From Candidatus Dadabacteria bacterium (GTDB lineage: Bacteria > Desulfobacterota_D > UBA1144 > Nemesobacterales > CSP1-2), in the NCBI GenBank assembly GCA_963805855.1, contig CAWDVW010000002.1:64001-128000 (forward strand): a stretch of 64,000 nt of DNA, given 5' to 3'. The notes beneath the pieces are model-generated. The model worked only from the letters and a program-made list of their open reading frames with translations. It was not told the DNA's origin and searched no databases. Positions 42,728 through 53,154 of this stretch are shown here, piece by piece. Every line of letters begins with the position of its first letter. Position 1 is the stretch's first letter. A program made the translations under genes and the position numbers.

Positions 42728-43180
42728 TTATCCTGACACTCTGACAAATATTTGAAGTAATATATTCGCATAAATCCCAGCAAGCACATCGTCCGCTACA
42801 ATGCCCAAACCGCCCGAGAGCTTTTCCGACATTCTTATCGGAGGAGGTTTTAAAATATCAAAAAATCTGAACAACAAAAAACCCATTGCAATATTAATCA
42901 TATTCGGAGGGATCAAAATCATTGTAACCAAAAAACCGCAGACCTCATCTATCACTATGCTATTCGGGTCTGAATCCCCTAGTCTTATCCTGGCAATTTC
43001 AGAAACCCAAACTGAAAATATTATTAATGCGATAATAAAAAAAAGATAGAACAGATTTGAAAAACCAGAAATGACATAATACAGAATTACTGCACCAAGA
43101 GTGCCAACTGTTCCCGGAGCGACCGGTGAATAGCCTAGATAAAAGAAGGATGAGATTAATATTGAAAGCCGCTCTTTCAC
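42728..43180 (-). CDS. pgpA: Phosphatidylglycerophosphatase A
   Basis: APGTVG, IVIDEV, FRFFDILKP, DDVLAG. Confidence 0.95.
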   Translation of the reverse strand: MKERLSILISSFFYLGYSPVAPGTVGTLGAVILYYVISGFSNLFYLFFIIALIIFSVWVSEIARIRLGDSDPNSIVIDEVCGFLVTMILIPPNMINIAMGFLLFRFFDILKPPPIRMSEKLSGGLGIVADDVLAGIYANILLQIFVRVSG

Positions 43181-43672
43181 CTATGCGATTAACCCTTCAA
43201 GCCTAAGAAGCTTCTTTTTTATTTCAATACCGGAAGAATAACCTCCGAGCCCCCTCGACGAAACGACCCTGTGGCAGGGGACAATTATCGGTATCGGATT
43301 TGCGCCAACTGCATTCCCCACAGCCCTTGCTGAGTTTGGCTTCCCTATTCTCTTTGCTAATTCATTGTACGAGATAACCTGTCCGTAGGGTATTTGCATC
43401 AACCCCTTCCAGACTGAAACCTGAAAAGGCGTACCCACTAATGCAACCGGATTGACTTTGAAACGTTTAAGACGGCCATCTAGGTATAACTCTAACTCCT
43501 TCGCCGAATCTTCCGCTCGCCCGCCTTCAACCAGTAATTTTTCGTTTAAATCCTTTTTAAAACCTATAAACCTCTTTTTTCCAAAAATTAGATTTGTTAT
43601 GCCTTCCTTTCCACTAATGATGAAGATATCTCCGACCGATGTGCTAATATTCGAATAACTTACTATGTTCAT
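43181..43672 (-). CDS. ogt: Methylated-DNA-protein-cysteine methyltransferase
   Basis: GTPFQ..VW, IPYG, RAVG, PCHRV. Confidence 0.94.
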   Translation of the reverse strand: MNIVSYSNISTSVGDIFIISGKEGITNLIFGKKRFIGFKKDLNEKLLVEGGRAEDSAKELELYLDGRLKRFKVNPVALVGTPFQVSVWKGLMQIPYGQVISYNELAKRIGKPNSARAVGNAVGANPIPIIVPCHRVVSSRGLGGYSSGIEIKKKLLRLEGLIA

Positions 43673-43866
43673 TGATTTGCCTATCGCGAAACAGTAATCA
43701 TAACTGACAAAGCGCTGTCAATATACAATGAGGATTCAAATGTTGGGGGAAATTTATATCCTTGAATTTCATCATAAAGTGCGTAGAATCTGTATGGCTA
43801 AAATGTATTCTAAACAAATTCCGAGCAAGATTAAACTTGAGGTTGTCACCGGTAGGAGGATATGTT

Positions 43867-44676
43867 TTGACAACTGACGACACTCTTATGGATCAGTGGG
43901 CGCTCATCCTTGGCGCATCAAGTGGTTTTGGTGAAGCAACGAGCCTGGAACTGGCCTCCGCTGGATTGAACATATTTGGCGTTCATCTCGACAGAAGATC
44001 CACATTACCCAAAGTAGAAGAGATAAAAAATCAAATAAAAGATATGGGAAGAAAGGCTGTTTTTTTTAACATAAATGCCGCCGATGCAGAAAAAAGAAAA
44101 GAGACAATAGACGCTATAGAAAAAAATATAAGAGAAAGCGGGGATCACAGGGGTATCAAAGTGGTTCTTCATTCGTTGGCCTTTGGCACTTTAAAATCAT
44201 ATATAGCCTCTGATCAAAAAGATATGCTGACCGACTCAAATATGAACATGACTCTAGACGTGATGGCTCACTCCCTGGTCTATTGGGTTCAGGAACTTGT
44301 TCTAAGAAATCTGGTTATGGAGGGCGGAAGGATATTCGCCATGACAAGTGCCGGAGGGCACAGGATCTGGCCTACCTACGGTGCTGTATCAGCTTCCAAG
44401 GCAGCGCTGGAATCCCACATAAGGCAGCTTGCCGTAGAGCTCGCTCCACTAAAGATAACCGCAAATGCGATCCAGGCCGGAGTGACAGAAACACCGGCCC
44501 TCAAAAAAATTCCCGGAAACGAAATAATCACGAAGCATGCCCTTCAGGTAAATCCTGGAAGAAGGCTCACAACTACGAAGGATGTCGCTCAAGCTATAGC
44601 TGCCCTGTCGGTGTCAGCCACTCATTGGATTACGGGGAATGTGATAAGAGTAGACGGTGGTGAAGACCTGATTTAA
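43867..44676 (+). CDS. SDR oxidoreductase, FabL-like enoyl-ACP reductase
   Basis: GASSGFG, YGAVSASK, ITGNVIRVDGG; TTG start at 43867 follows AGGAGG. Confidence 0.8.
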   Translation: MTTDDTLMDQWALILGASSGFGEATSLELASAGLNIFGVHLDRRSTLPKVEEIKNQIKDMGRKAVFFNINAADAEKRKETIDAIEKNIRESGDHRGIKVVLHSLAFGTLKSYIASDQKDMLTDSNMNMTLDVMAHSLVYWVQELVLRNLVMEGGRIFAMTSAGGHRIWPTYGAVSASKAALESHIRQLAVELAPLKITANAIQAGVTETPALKKIPGNEIITKHALQVNPGRRLTTTKDVAQAIAALSVSATHWITGNVIRVDGGEDLI

Positions 44677-44729
44677 TTTTCAACAAACGAAACCCCCAAG
44701 GTAAAATTCATTAAAAACACTCAGTAATC

Positions 44730-46166
44730 ATGGTCAATAAGATAAGGCTCTTTAATACACTTACTGGCAACAAAGAAGATCTAGTCCCAATTGAAGATAA
44801 GAAGATCGGCATATATGTTTGCGGCCCAACAGTCTATGATTCTCCCCATCTTGGTCATGCCAGAGCTGCCGTGATGTTTGATGTCATGACAAAATTCTTA
44901 AAATTAATTGGTTATGATGTTACTTATGTAAGAAACTACACCGACGTTGATGACAAGATCATTAATAAATCGAAAGAGACGGGAATACCATCTGAAGAAA
45001 TCGCTAACACGTACATAGCTGAATACAAGGAAGCGATGGAGTCCCTTGGTGTCAGGGCTCCAAATTACGAACCAAAGGTCACCGAACACATACCTGAAAT
45101 AATCGAACTCATAAGAAAGATCATTGATGCTGGTTACGCATATAAGTCCGGGGGAGACGTATTCTTCTCGATTAAGGAATTCAAAGATTATGGAAAGCTA
45201 TCTAAACGATCCCCGGATGATATGCTCGAAGGTGTCAGGATTGATATAAACGAGCAGAAAGAGGATCCACTCGATTTCGCGCTCTGGAAAGCCGCAAAAC
45301 CCGGAGAACCATCCTGGGATAGTCCGTGGGGAAAGGGACGGCCCGGATGGCATATAGAATGTTCGACGATGAGTATGAAGTACCTGGGCAGCACCTTCGA
45401 GATACACGGGGGCGGCAAGGATCTGATTTTCCCACACCACGAGAATGAAATAGCCCAATCGGAGGCTGCGACAGGTTCGCAATTCGCTAAATATTGGTTG
45501 CACAATGGCCTGATTCAAATAAATCGAGAAAAGATGTCCAAGTCCCTCGGGAATATAATAAATGTCAAGGATGCAATAAAGAAATGGAGCAAGGAAGCGA
45601 TTAGGTTATTCTTTCTTTCACACCAATATCAAAATCCGGCGGATTTTTCCAAAAAAATCATGGACGAATCAGAGGCTGCTCTTGAAAGACTGTATCTAAC
45701 GGTTAAGCGACTGAGGGATTTGAGGAACGAAAATGATAAAAAGGATAACGAGCTGGAAGAAAAAACCGTCACATTTAAACAACAATGGATGGAAGCTATG
45801 TGCGATGATTTCAATACTGCGGAAGCGATAGGCAACCTTTTTGATTTAAGTAAAGCGATTAACAGATCCATTGACACTCATGGATGGACAAAAACATTAG
45901 ATCTAGCACTGACAGAAATCAAGAATATTGGCGGCGTTTTCGGCATCCTTGAAACTGATCCTGACGAATACCTAACGATAGAGAAACTGAGCAAGATCAA
46001 ATCGGACATAACAGAAGAGGAGATTAATAATTTAATTGAGGAAAGAGCAGAGGCAAGAAAGGATAAAGACTGGCAAAGAGCCGATGAGATCAGATCGTAT
46101 TTACTATCAAAATCAATAGTACTGGAAGACAAATCTCACGGAACAATCTGGCGAATTAAAAATTAA
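44730..46166 (+). CDS. cysS: Cysteinyl-tRNA synthetase
   Basis: CGPTVY..HLGH, PGWHIEC, KMSKS. Confidence 0.98.
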   Translation: MVNKIRLFNTLTGNKEDLVPIEDKKIGIYVCGPTVYDSPHLGHARAAVMFDVMTKFLKLIGYDVTYVRNYTDVDDKIINKSKETGIPSEEIANTYIAEYKEAMESLGVRAPNYEPKVTEHIPEIIELIRKIIDAGYAYKSGGDVFFSIKEFKDYGKLSKRSPDDMLEGVRIDINEQKEDPLDFALWKAAKPGEPSWDSPWGKGRPGWHIECSTMSMKYLGSTFEIHGGGKDLIFPHHENEIAQSEAATGSQFAKYWLHNGLIQINREKMSKSLGNIINVKDAIKKWSKEAIRLFFLSHQYQNPADFSKKIMDESEAALERLYLTVKRLRDLRNENDKKDNELEEKTVTFKQQWMEAMCDDFNTAEAIGNLFDLSKAINRSIDTHGWTKTLDLALTEIKNIGGVFGILETDPDEYLTIEKLSKIKSDITEEEINNLIEERAEARKDKDWQRADEIRSYLLSKSIVLEDKSHGTIWRIKN

Positions 46167-47131
46167 ATCCATATACCCATATACTCAAGGCTTCTCTTAA
46201 AATTAATAGGAGTTTCGGTTTCTCCCCTACAACTGTACCAGCAAGCGGTACATTTTGTTTTATCATACAGCCCAGGGCGATATTCACTATAGTGTGCGGT
46301 AACAGGCATCTCCGAGCAACGTTTCAGGTGGCCACTTGGCGTTACCTGAATCATATTAATCCCGGCAAAGCAGTTAGGAACACCACCCCTCTGAAAATAA
46401 TCAGGTATCTCTCGCAAATAATCTTCCGTGGAAAGAATCGTACCCTTCCATTTTCGTCTAAGGCCAATGATTTCTTCAACAACTGCTCTCACCCTCTCCG
46501 CTTCCTCTCCCTTAACGAAATGAGATGAGTTGTTCGTTTTCATGACAGAATAAGAACTGAATGAAACGCATATACCCCACTGCCTCGCTCTATGGGCTAT
46601 ATCAACAACCTTGTCCAGATTATCATTCATGATGATCGTGTTCAGGGTTATCCTCTTTCTGCCAAACGCTGTGCCAAGCTGTGGTAGCAGTGTCGAAACA
46701 TGATTCCATAGTCCGGGTATCCCCCTGTATTGGTCATGTGTTTCTCCAGGAAAGTCAAGGGAGACAGCAATCTGGTTGATACCTGCATCAAAAAGTTGTT
46801 TGGCCTTTTCATAGTCCAGAAGATCACCCTTTGTGACCATAGATACGAATACACAGGAGGAAGCTTTTTTTATCTGCTTTACTATATCAGGAAGATCTTT
46901 CCTCAGCATCGGCTCACCACCGGTAATAACCGTCACAAGGGGATTTAATTTCCTGATAACAGGCGTATAATCCGTGAGCCTTACCTCGTGTTTGGTTTGC
47001 CAGTAATCACAAAAGTCACAGCGGGCATTACAAAGCTTCGTTACTTCCAAGTTGACCAGCTTTGGTCTCTTCGTAACCCTATTGTATATTAACTTCCCCC
47101 CACCTAGAGCAATTTGACGGAATGTGAGCAT
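46163..47131 (-). CDS. Radical SAM protein with C-terminal Cys cluster
   Basis: CNARCDFC, GGEP, and C-terminal C...C...CTACWYSC. Confidence 0.88.
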   Translation of the reverse strand: MLTFRQIALGGGKLIYNRVTKRPKLVNLEVTKLCNARCDFCDYWQTKHEVRLTDYTPVIRKLNPLVTVITGGEPMLRKDLPDIVKQIKKASSCVFVSMVTKGDLLDYEKAKQLFDAGINQIAVSLDFPGETHDQYRGIPGLWNHVSTLLPQLGTAFGRKRITLNTIIMNDNLDKVVDIAHRARQWGICVSFSSYSVMKTNNSSHFVKGEEAERVRAVVEEIIGLRRKWKGTILSTEDYLREIPDYFQRGGVPNCFAGINMIQVTPSGHLKRCSEMPVTAHYSEYRPGLYDKTKCTACWYSCRGETETPINFKRSLEYMGIWI

Positions 47132-47309
47132 CGAGAGATTATATACCTACACTGAATAACTAATCAAGTGCTGTGAAAAATTAGTCTACTGTAAGTTGCT
47201 TATTGACTTAGCTATAATATTTTAGTTTAATTTGTACCAGTTGCTATTTACGCACGCTTTCTGGATTCTTAAACAGTGTTGAATTGCACATCTAAAAAGG
47301 AGTAAAAAA

Positions 47310-47594
47310 ATGTCAAAGAAGACGATAACCGTCGAAATGTACCAATGCGATCATCTAGATGAAAAAGGCAACAGGTGCGTGAACGAAGGCGAGAGGCAGG
47401 CAATTAAAGAATGTGCCATGTGTAAGAAAGACCTGTGCAGTAGGCATTATGAGATGCTAACGGTCTCCAGGATGGGAGGGAGAACCGCACTATCTTATTT
47501 TTTCTGCAGTGATCATGCGCAAGAATTTATCAAAACACTGGCAAAAACATTTGGAGACACGAGCCCCGTTCCATATGCCGGCATGGCTAAATAA
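47310..47594 (+). CDS. Small Cys/His-rich hypothetical protein
   Basis: AAGGAG RBS; CDH, C, CAMC, CSRH and CSDH motifs. Confidence 0.75.
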   Translation: MSKKTITVEMYQCDHLDEKGNRCVNEGERQAIKECAMCKKDLCSRHYEMLTVSRMGGRTALSYFFCSDHAQEFIKTLAKTFGDTSPVPYAGMAK

Positions 47595-47852
47595 GAAAAC
47601 TATTTACGCACTGGTCAACCATAATATTTCCCTTTAAAAAACAGGTAACGATTTACGACAGAGCCGTGACTGTCCTTTCAGCCCTGGCAATTTAGCCAAC
47701 CAGGGATTGGGATGGGGTACCAATCAAGGAAATATTTGAGAGTGATTAGATGTTATTAGCAATGATATTGTTATAATTCCTTGTGAACTTTTTCGTTTGC
47801 TCACCGATTCAAAAGCGTTAACTTAATAATTCCCCCGTAGCTTAAAGGGTAT

Positions 47853-48001
47853 CTGGATTCCCAGTAATAATCCACCCGAACGACAAGAGGGGCCAGCAAT
47901 GACTGCTCAATGGGAATGACATTGGCGTGTCATCCCCGAGTTCAGTAATCGGGGATCCAGAAACAAAAACTGGATTCCCGCCAAGAGTCCGCGGGAATGA
48001 C
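47853..48001. repeat. Cluster of GTCAT(T/C)CCC...GGGA(A)TCCAG palindromic repeats
   Basis: CTGGATTCCC..GGGAATGAC, GTCATCCCCGA..TCGGGGATCCAG and CTGGATTCCCGC..GCGGGAATGAC; relatives at ~30520-30548 and 59587-59617. Confidence 0.75.
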
Positions 48002-48211
48002 GTGAGAGACTCATTACCTGGGTATTTATTCGAGGAATAATTTTGTAATCATTGATATGTATTTATGTGGGATTATACTGATCTTGTAAGCGTAAAAAAA
48101 CAGAAACTCGGATAGTACTTCAAGTTTAGTGCTAAAGGATTTACTAAAAATAGGGACGAAGATTCTTCTTTATCCTATCATCACACCGAATATCAGAGAA
48201 GAAATAGTTAT

Positions 48212-48706
48212 ATGGTAGAGAAATGTGTTTTTTATTCTTCAAGTGAAGAAGAAACAATTAAAATAGGTGAGGAGCTAGGAAAATCACTCAAGCCCGGTAC
48301 TATTATTGGTTTAAACGGTGAACTTGGAACCGGAAAGACAGTTTTCGTAAAGGGGATTGCTAGAGGGTTGAATACACAGGAAGAACCTAACAGCCCAACC
48401 TTTGTTATTATGAACAAGTATGAAGGAAGGATACCTCTTTACCACTTTGACCTTTACAGGATTTCCTCAGCAGAAGAACTCGAGGGAATAGGCTATGAGG
48501 ATTACTTCTATGGAAATGGTGTAACGGTTGTAGAATGGTCAGATCGAGTGAAGGAAATTTTTCCAGATAGGACTATTAAAGTTGAAATAACGATTCCAGT
48601 TGAACCCGATGATAAAGCCGAGACTATAAGAAAGATTAATATTGAAGGTAAGGATATATGGCTCTCATCGTTCAAAAATACGGTGGAACAAGCGTCGCGA
48701 CTGTAG
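48212..48706 (+). CDS. tsaE: tRNA t6A biosynthesis ATPase TsaE
   Basis: GELGTGKT, SPTF, HFDLYR, VEW. Confidence 0.95.
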   Translation: MVEKCVFYSSSEEETIKIGEELGKSLKPGTIIGLNGELGTGKTVFVKGIARGLNTQEEPNSPTFVIMNKYEGRIPLYHFDLYRISSAEELEGIGYEDYFYGNGVTVVEWSDRVKEIFPDRTIKVEITIPVEPDDKAETIRKINIEGKDIWLSSFKNTVEQASRL

Positions 48707-49881
48707 ATAAAATAAGGCGAGTCGCTAAGCACATCATAAATTCCAGGGAAAAAGGCGATGATATTCTCGTTGTGGTATCTGCTATGGCAGGTGAAACCAA
48801 TAGATTGATAGAGCTTTCCAAATCGATCATGGACCCACCTGACGAGAGGGAATTAGACGTAATCACATCGAGTGGTGAGCAGGTATCTTCAGGATTATTG
48901 ACAATGATGATAAAATCTATGGGATATAACGCTATTTCGTTTCAAGGGCACCAGGTAAGGATTATAACAGATAATGCACATTCGAAAGCTAGAATAGTAA
49001 GGATAGATGACGAAAAGATAAAGAAGGCACTCGGCGAGGGCAAGATAATTGTGGTTGCCGGATTTCAAGGCGTAGAGGAAGAAGGCAACGTAACTACGCT
49101 TGGAAGGGGGGGGTCGGACCTAACAGCGGTCGCCCTTGCCGCGGTACTAAATGCTAGTTGTGAACTTTATAAAGATGACGTGGACGGAATTTATACTATC
49201 GATCCTGGGATTTGTGAGAATGCTAGAAAACTAGAGAAGATATCTTATGACGAAATGTTAGAAATGTCGAGCTTAGGTTCCAAAGTGCTCCAAGCTAGAG
49301 CAGTGGAGTTTGCGAAGAAATACTATGTGCCTATCCATGTACGTTCTACGGCCAAACCGGACGAGAAAGGAACCTGGGTTATAGAGGAGAAAGAAATGGC
49401 GGAACTGGAAAAAATCGTTATATCTGGTGTAACCTATGATAAGGATCAAGCGAAGATTACAATAATTCATGTCTCTGATCAGCCGGGTATCGCAGCTAAG
49501 TTATTCAATCCTCTTGCCGACGAAGGCATATTGGTAGATATGATTGTACAAAACGTAAGCACCGAGGGATATACAGATATGACCTTCACGGTCCCCAGGA
49601 CGGATTTCAAGAAAGCCATAAGAATTACCCAAGGCGTAGCAAATGAATTAGGTGCCAAGGCAGTAACATCTGATGATAAAATTGCCAAGATATCCTTAGT
49701 AGGAGTGGGTATGAAATCCCACTCAGGTATTGCATCAAGGATGTTCACTGTACTTGCAAGGGCAGGAATAAACATTATGATGATAAGTACGTCTGAGATA
49801 AAGATTTCTTGTGTTCTCAATGAGAAATTTACTGAACTTGCTGTACGCGCACTTCATGATGAGTTTGAATTGGGAGATTGA
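48658..49881 (+). CDS. lysC: Aspartate kinase
   Basis: QKYGGTSV, VVSAM, TTLGRGGSD, two ACT domains. Confidence 0.97.
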   Translation: MALIVQKYGGTSVATVDKIRRVAKHIINSREKGDDILVVVSAMAGETNRLIELSKSIMDPPDERELDVITSSGEQVSSGLLTMMIKSMGYNAISFQGHQVRIITDNAHSKARIVRIDDEKIKKALGEGKIIVVAGFQGVEEEGNVTTLGRGGSDLTAVALAAVLNASCELYKDDVDGIYTIDPGICENARKLEKISYDEMLEMSSLGSKVLQARAVEFAKKYYVPIHVRSTAKPDEKGTWVIEEKEMAELEKIVISGVTYDKDQAKITIIHVSDQPGIAAKLFNPLADEGILVDMIVQNVSTEGYTDMTFTVPRTDFKKAIRITQGVANELGAKAVTSDDKIAKISLVGVGMKSHSGIASRMFTVLARAGINIMMISTSEIKISCVLNEKFTELAVRALHDEFELGD

Positions 49882-49882
49882 A

Positions 49883-49955
49883 GCAGGACACACGATGCAC
49901 GATGCAGGATGCAGGATGCAAGATATCGATAATTCGTGAATCATGTATCGTGATC
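49883..49955. repeat. 7-bp tandem array (GATGCAG/GATGCAC)
   Basis: CACGATGCACGATGCAGGATGCAGGATGCAAGAT between lysC and cimA. Confidence 0.75.
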
Positions 49956-49975
49956 TATTGTTTGGTAAAACGAAA

Positions 49976-51577
49976 ATGAAAGAAAGATTAGTGAAAATTT
50001 ATGATGTGACTCTAAGGGATGGTACGCAGGGAGAGAACATTTCATTTTCCATACACGACAAGATCCGGATAGCCTCCAAACTCGATGAGTTAGGAGTCCA
50101 TTTCATCGAAGGTGGTTGGCCGGGTTCGAACGAAAGGGACGAAGGCTTTTTTAAGCAGGCAAAAAAACTTCGACTCAGAAAATCGAAGATCACGGCGTTT
50201 GGTAGCACAAGGAGGGTAAATAAAAAACCAGGTGAAGATGAGAACATTCAAGCCTTACTCAAAGCTGAGACACCCGTAGTGACGATTGTGGGTAAGAGCT
50301 GGGATTTTCATGTGAAAGAGGCGTTGAGAATTACACTCAAAGAGAATTTGGATATAATTCATGACTCTATTCAGTACCTGAAAAAAAGAGTAGATGAAGT
50401 CTTCTTCGACGCAGAGCATTTTTTTGACGGGTATAAAAAGAATTCAAAATATGCTCTAGAAGCCATTGAGTCGGCTATAGACGCCGGGGCAGATGTTGTG
50501 GTTCTGTGTGATACAAACGGAGGAACACTTCCCTGGGAGATAGAATCAACCGTTAGGGTTGTGAATGCACAACTTCAAAATCCTCCTCTAGGCATACATA
50601 CACATAACGATGGTGAGTTAGGTGTTGCAAACACGCTCTACGCAGTTAGAGAAGGCGTTAATCAGGTTCAGGGCACTATAAATGGATATGGCGAGAGATG
50701 CGGCAACGCTAACCTATGTTCAATCATCCCGAACCTGAAGCTAAAGCTTGGCATAAAGTGCTTGGGCGACGACGAACTTAAGAAAGTTTACGAGGTATCA
50801 CACTTTATTCACGAACTTACGAATCTCCCCCCAATCAAACATCGTCCATTTGTCGGTGAAAGCGCCTTTGCTCACAAGGGAGGACTCCACGTCAGTGCAG
50901 TCATGAAAAGCGCAGAAACGTATGAGCATATAAACCCTGAGATTCTCGGCAACAGGAGGCGTGTGCTTGTCTCTGATCTTTCAGGTAGGAGCAATATAAT
51001 ATACAAGGCCAAAGAGCTTGGAATTGACTTAGACCCGGGTGATAAAGGTGTACACAAGATACTTTCCGAGCTGAAGAAGTTAGAAAATCAAGGATACGAA
51101 TTTGAGGGCGCGGATGCGTCTTTTGAATTGCTAATAAGGAAGACACTCGGTCAATACAGGAAACACTTTGAGCTCAATGGCGCCAGAATAATAGTAGAAA
51201 AGCACCGAGACGATGAGGAGCCAATCTCAGAGGCCACTGTGATGGTGCAGGTCGACGGAATAACCGAGCACACCGCAGCTATCGGGAACGGTCCTGTAAA
51301 TGCCCTCGATAACGCTCTTCGAAAAGCCCTTGAGAAGTTCTATCCCGTATTAAAGGATGTGAAACTGAAAGACTATCGCGTAAGAGTAGTTTCAAGCCAG
51401 AAAGGGACAGACGCCGTAGTAAGGGTCTTAATTGAATCCGGTGACGGAGAAAGCGATTGGAGCACAGTCGGTGTTTCAGAAAATATAGTTGAAGCAAGCT
51501 GGAAGGCCATGGTCGACAGCATCGATTATAAGCTGTTTAAGGAAGAGGCGAGAAAGACCAAAAAAGCCAGAGGGTGA
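49976..51577 (+). CDS. cimA: Citramalate synthase
   Basis: [45 protein letters not shown]; start placed at the Met downstream of the repeat. Confidence 0.92.
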   Translation: MKERLVKIYDVTLRDGTQGENISFSIHDKIRIASKLDELGVHFIEGGWPGSNERDEGFFKQAKKLRLRKSKITAFGSTRRVNKKPGEDENIQALLKAETPVVTIVGKSWDFHVKEALRITLKENLDIIHDSIQYLKKRVDEVFFDAEHFFDGYKKNSKYALEAIESAIDAGADVVVLCDTNGGTLPWEIESTVRVVNAQLQNPPLGIHTHNDGELGVANTLYAVREGVNQVQGTINGYGERCGNANLCSIIPNLKLKLGIKCLGDDELKKVYEVSHFIHELTNLPPIKHRPFVGESAFAHKGGLHVSAVMKSAETYEHINPEILGNRRRVLVSDLSGRSNIIYKAKELGIDLDPGDKGVHKILSELKKLENQGYEFEGADASFELLIRKTLGQYRKHFELNGARIIVEKHRDDEEPISEATVMVQVDGITEHTAAIGNGPVNALDNALRKALEKFYPVLKDVKLKDYRVRVVSSQKGTDAVVRVLIESGDGESDWSTVGVSENIVEASWKAMVDSIDYKLFKEEARKTKKARG

Positions 51578-51748
51578 GAATTAATCACCATACTAGAACC
51601 CGCAGCGAATCATCAAATTATAAATAGACACATCCCTAAAAAATAAAATTACCTCTATCCACACTTCGGCTTGGCCCTTCGGTTTAAGTCAAGCGCAGGT
51701 TAAGCGTGATCGGATATTGATATTTAAAAATCACGAACATATATCAAA

Positions 51749-51811
51749 CCGTGCATCCTGAGCAGAGTCGAAGGATGTTATCCCTTTTATATTTTCACGC
51801 TTCGACAGGCT
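51749..51811. repeat. REP-like CCTGAGC..GTCGAAGG / CTTCGAC..GCTCAG inverted pair, second arm interrupted by IS110
   Basis: ATCCTGAGCAGAGTCGAAGGA, then CTTCGACAGGCT; the arm resumes as CAGTGTGAACG at 53234. Confidence 0.75.
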
Positions 51812-51899
51812 GTTATGTAAAAAGTCAAGGGTTATGTTAGGGAAAACTTTAACTTTGAACAAACGAATCCCTTCGTGCTTTTTTATGTAATGTATCTCA

Positions 51900-52075
51900 T
51901 GTGTAAATAAATCCTATCTTGAATCAATCTGTTATAAACAGTCAGCTGCCTCTTTGCAGTGCTGCATTAAATTCATTAAACCACTCAAACCTGTGGCCGC
52001 ACTCTCAGTAAAACATTTTCTTTGCAGCCAGTCGATAGCGGTCCACACTTTATTGTTTGAGATTTCATAGATCCA
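51900..52075 (-). ncRNA. Candidate bridge RNA of the second IS110; boundaries approximate
   Basis: Two parallel modules (guide-CT-GCAAAGA...TGTTT-guide-AG); three of the four guides match the target or donor flanks. Confidence 0.75.
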
Positions 52076-52089
52076 GTCCCTATTACTTA

Positions 52090-53154
52090 TCAAATCAATC
52101 CATAAGCATAACTCTCCTTATTCTTCCACACGTATCTTATCCTGTTCAATAACTTCTTGGCGATCCGAACTATCGCTTTCTGCTTGGTCATCCGCCTGAT
52201 CAATTGACTAAACACATGCCCCAAAGCCGGATCTTCTCGTATCGCTACCCACGCTGCCTCTATCAGTAAGTACCGTAAATACCGGTTACGCCGAAAGCTG
52301 AGCCCCAGAGTGCTCTCCCTCTCCCCAGAACTACTTACCGATGGCACTAACCCCGCATAACTAGCAAGATCGTCTATACTCCTGAACCGACTCATATCCA
52401 TCAGTTCCCCATATAATGTCATCGCTGTTACAAAACCAACCCCTGGCACACTACGCAGATTCTTTACCTCTTCCCCAAACCCGTATTCCCGATAATACTT
52501 CCGCACCAACTTCACTACCTCTGCTAAACGCCTTCGATGACTTTCTAGCTCCTCGAGACATAGCCTAAGATAATCCCTACCCATCCCGTATGAAAACTCT
52601 AATGTCTTTAACCACCTTATAAATCCCCCAGACCAGTGACCAATCTCATCATGGCGCGGTATGACATAACCATAGAATGCTAAATACCCCTTGATCCGAT
52701 TCTTAAGCCGAGTTTGCGACTGTACCACCTTAAATCTGAGCCTGCACAATGATCGCAATTGTTGGTGAAATTCATCCGGTACATATATCCCTCTCAATGA
52801 CCCATTCTCTAGCTCTCGTGCCAGCTTACGGCTATCCACCTTGTCGGTCTTTGTCGATTTCTCCTTCTGGGTACTAGGCACATCTGCCGGATTGATTACT
52901 ATATTGTTAAACCCGTACCTCTTTAACTCCCGATCAATCCAGTACCCACAGAATCCTGCTTCATACACACTGTGATAGTTTCCTCCCGGATAACGCTTGT
53001 GCATATATCCGTACAGTTGCTCCGGTGATGGATCCATGGAGAAAGTCTTTAACTCCATGCCGTTAGTCCTGACTGTTACTTTCCAGCTCTTCTTATGCAC
53101 ATCTATGCCTAGAAAAAAATCTTGATTTGTGTAATCTATACTTTGTCTATTCAT
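52090..53154 (-). CDS. IS110-family DEDD transposase/recombinase
   Basis: GIDVH, YEAG, KTDKVDS; VPGVG...SYAGLVP...SSG. Confidence 0.95.
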   Translation of the reverse strand: MNRQSIDYTNQDFFLGIDVHKKSWKVTVRTNGMELKTFSMDPSPEQLYGYMHKRYPGGNYHSVYEAGFCGYWIDRELKRYGFNNIVINPADVPSTQKEKSTKTDKVDSRKLARELENGSLRGIYVPDEFHQQLRSLCRLRFKVVQSQTRLKNRIKGYLAFYGYVIPRHDEIGHWSGGFIRWLKTLEFSYGMGRDYLRLCLEELESHRRRLAEVVKLVRKYYREYGFGEEVKNLRSVPGVGFVTAMTLYGELMDMSRFRSIDDLASYAGLVPSVSSSGERESTLGLSFRRNRYLRYLLIEAAWVAIREDPALGHVFSQLIRRMTKQKAIVRIAKKLLNRIRYVWKNKESYAYGLI

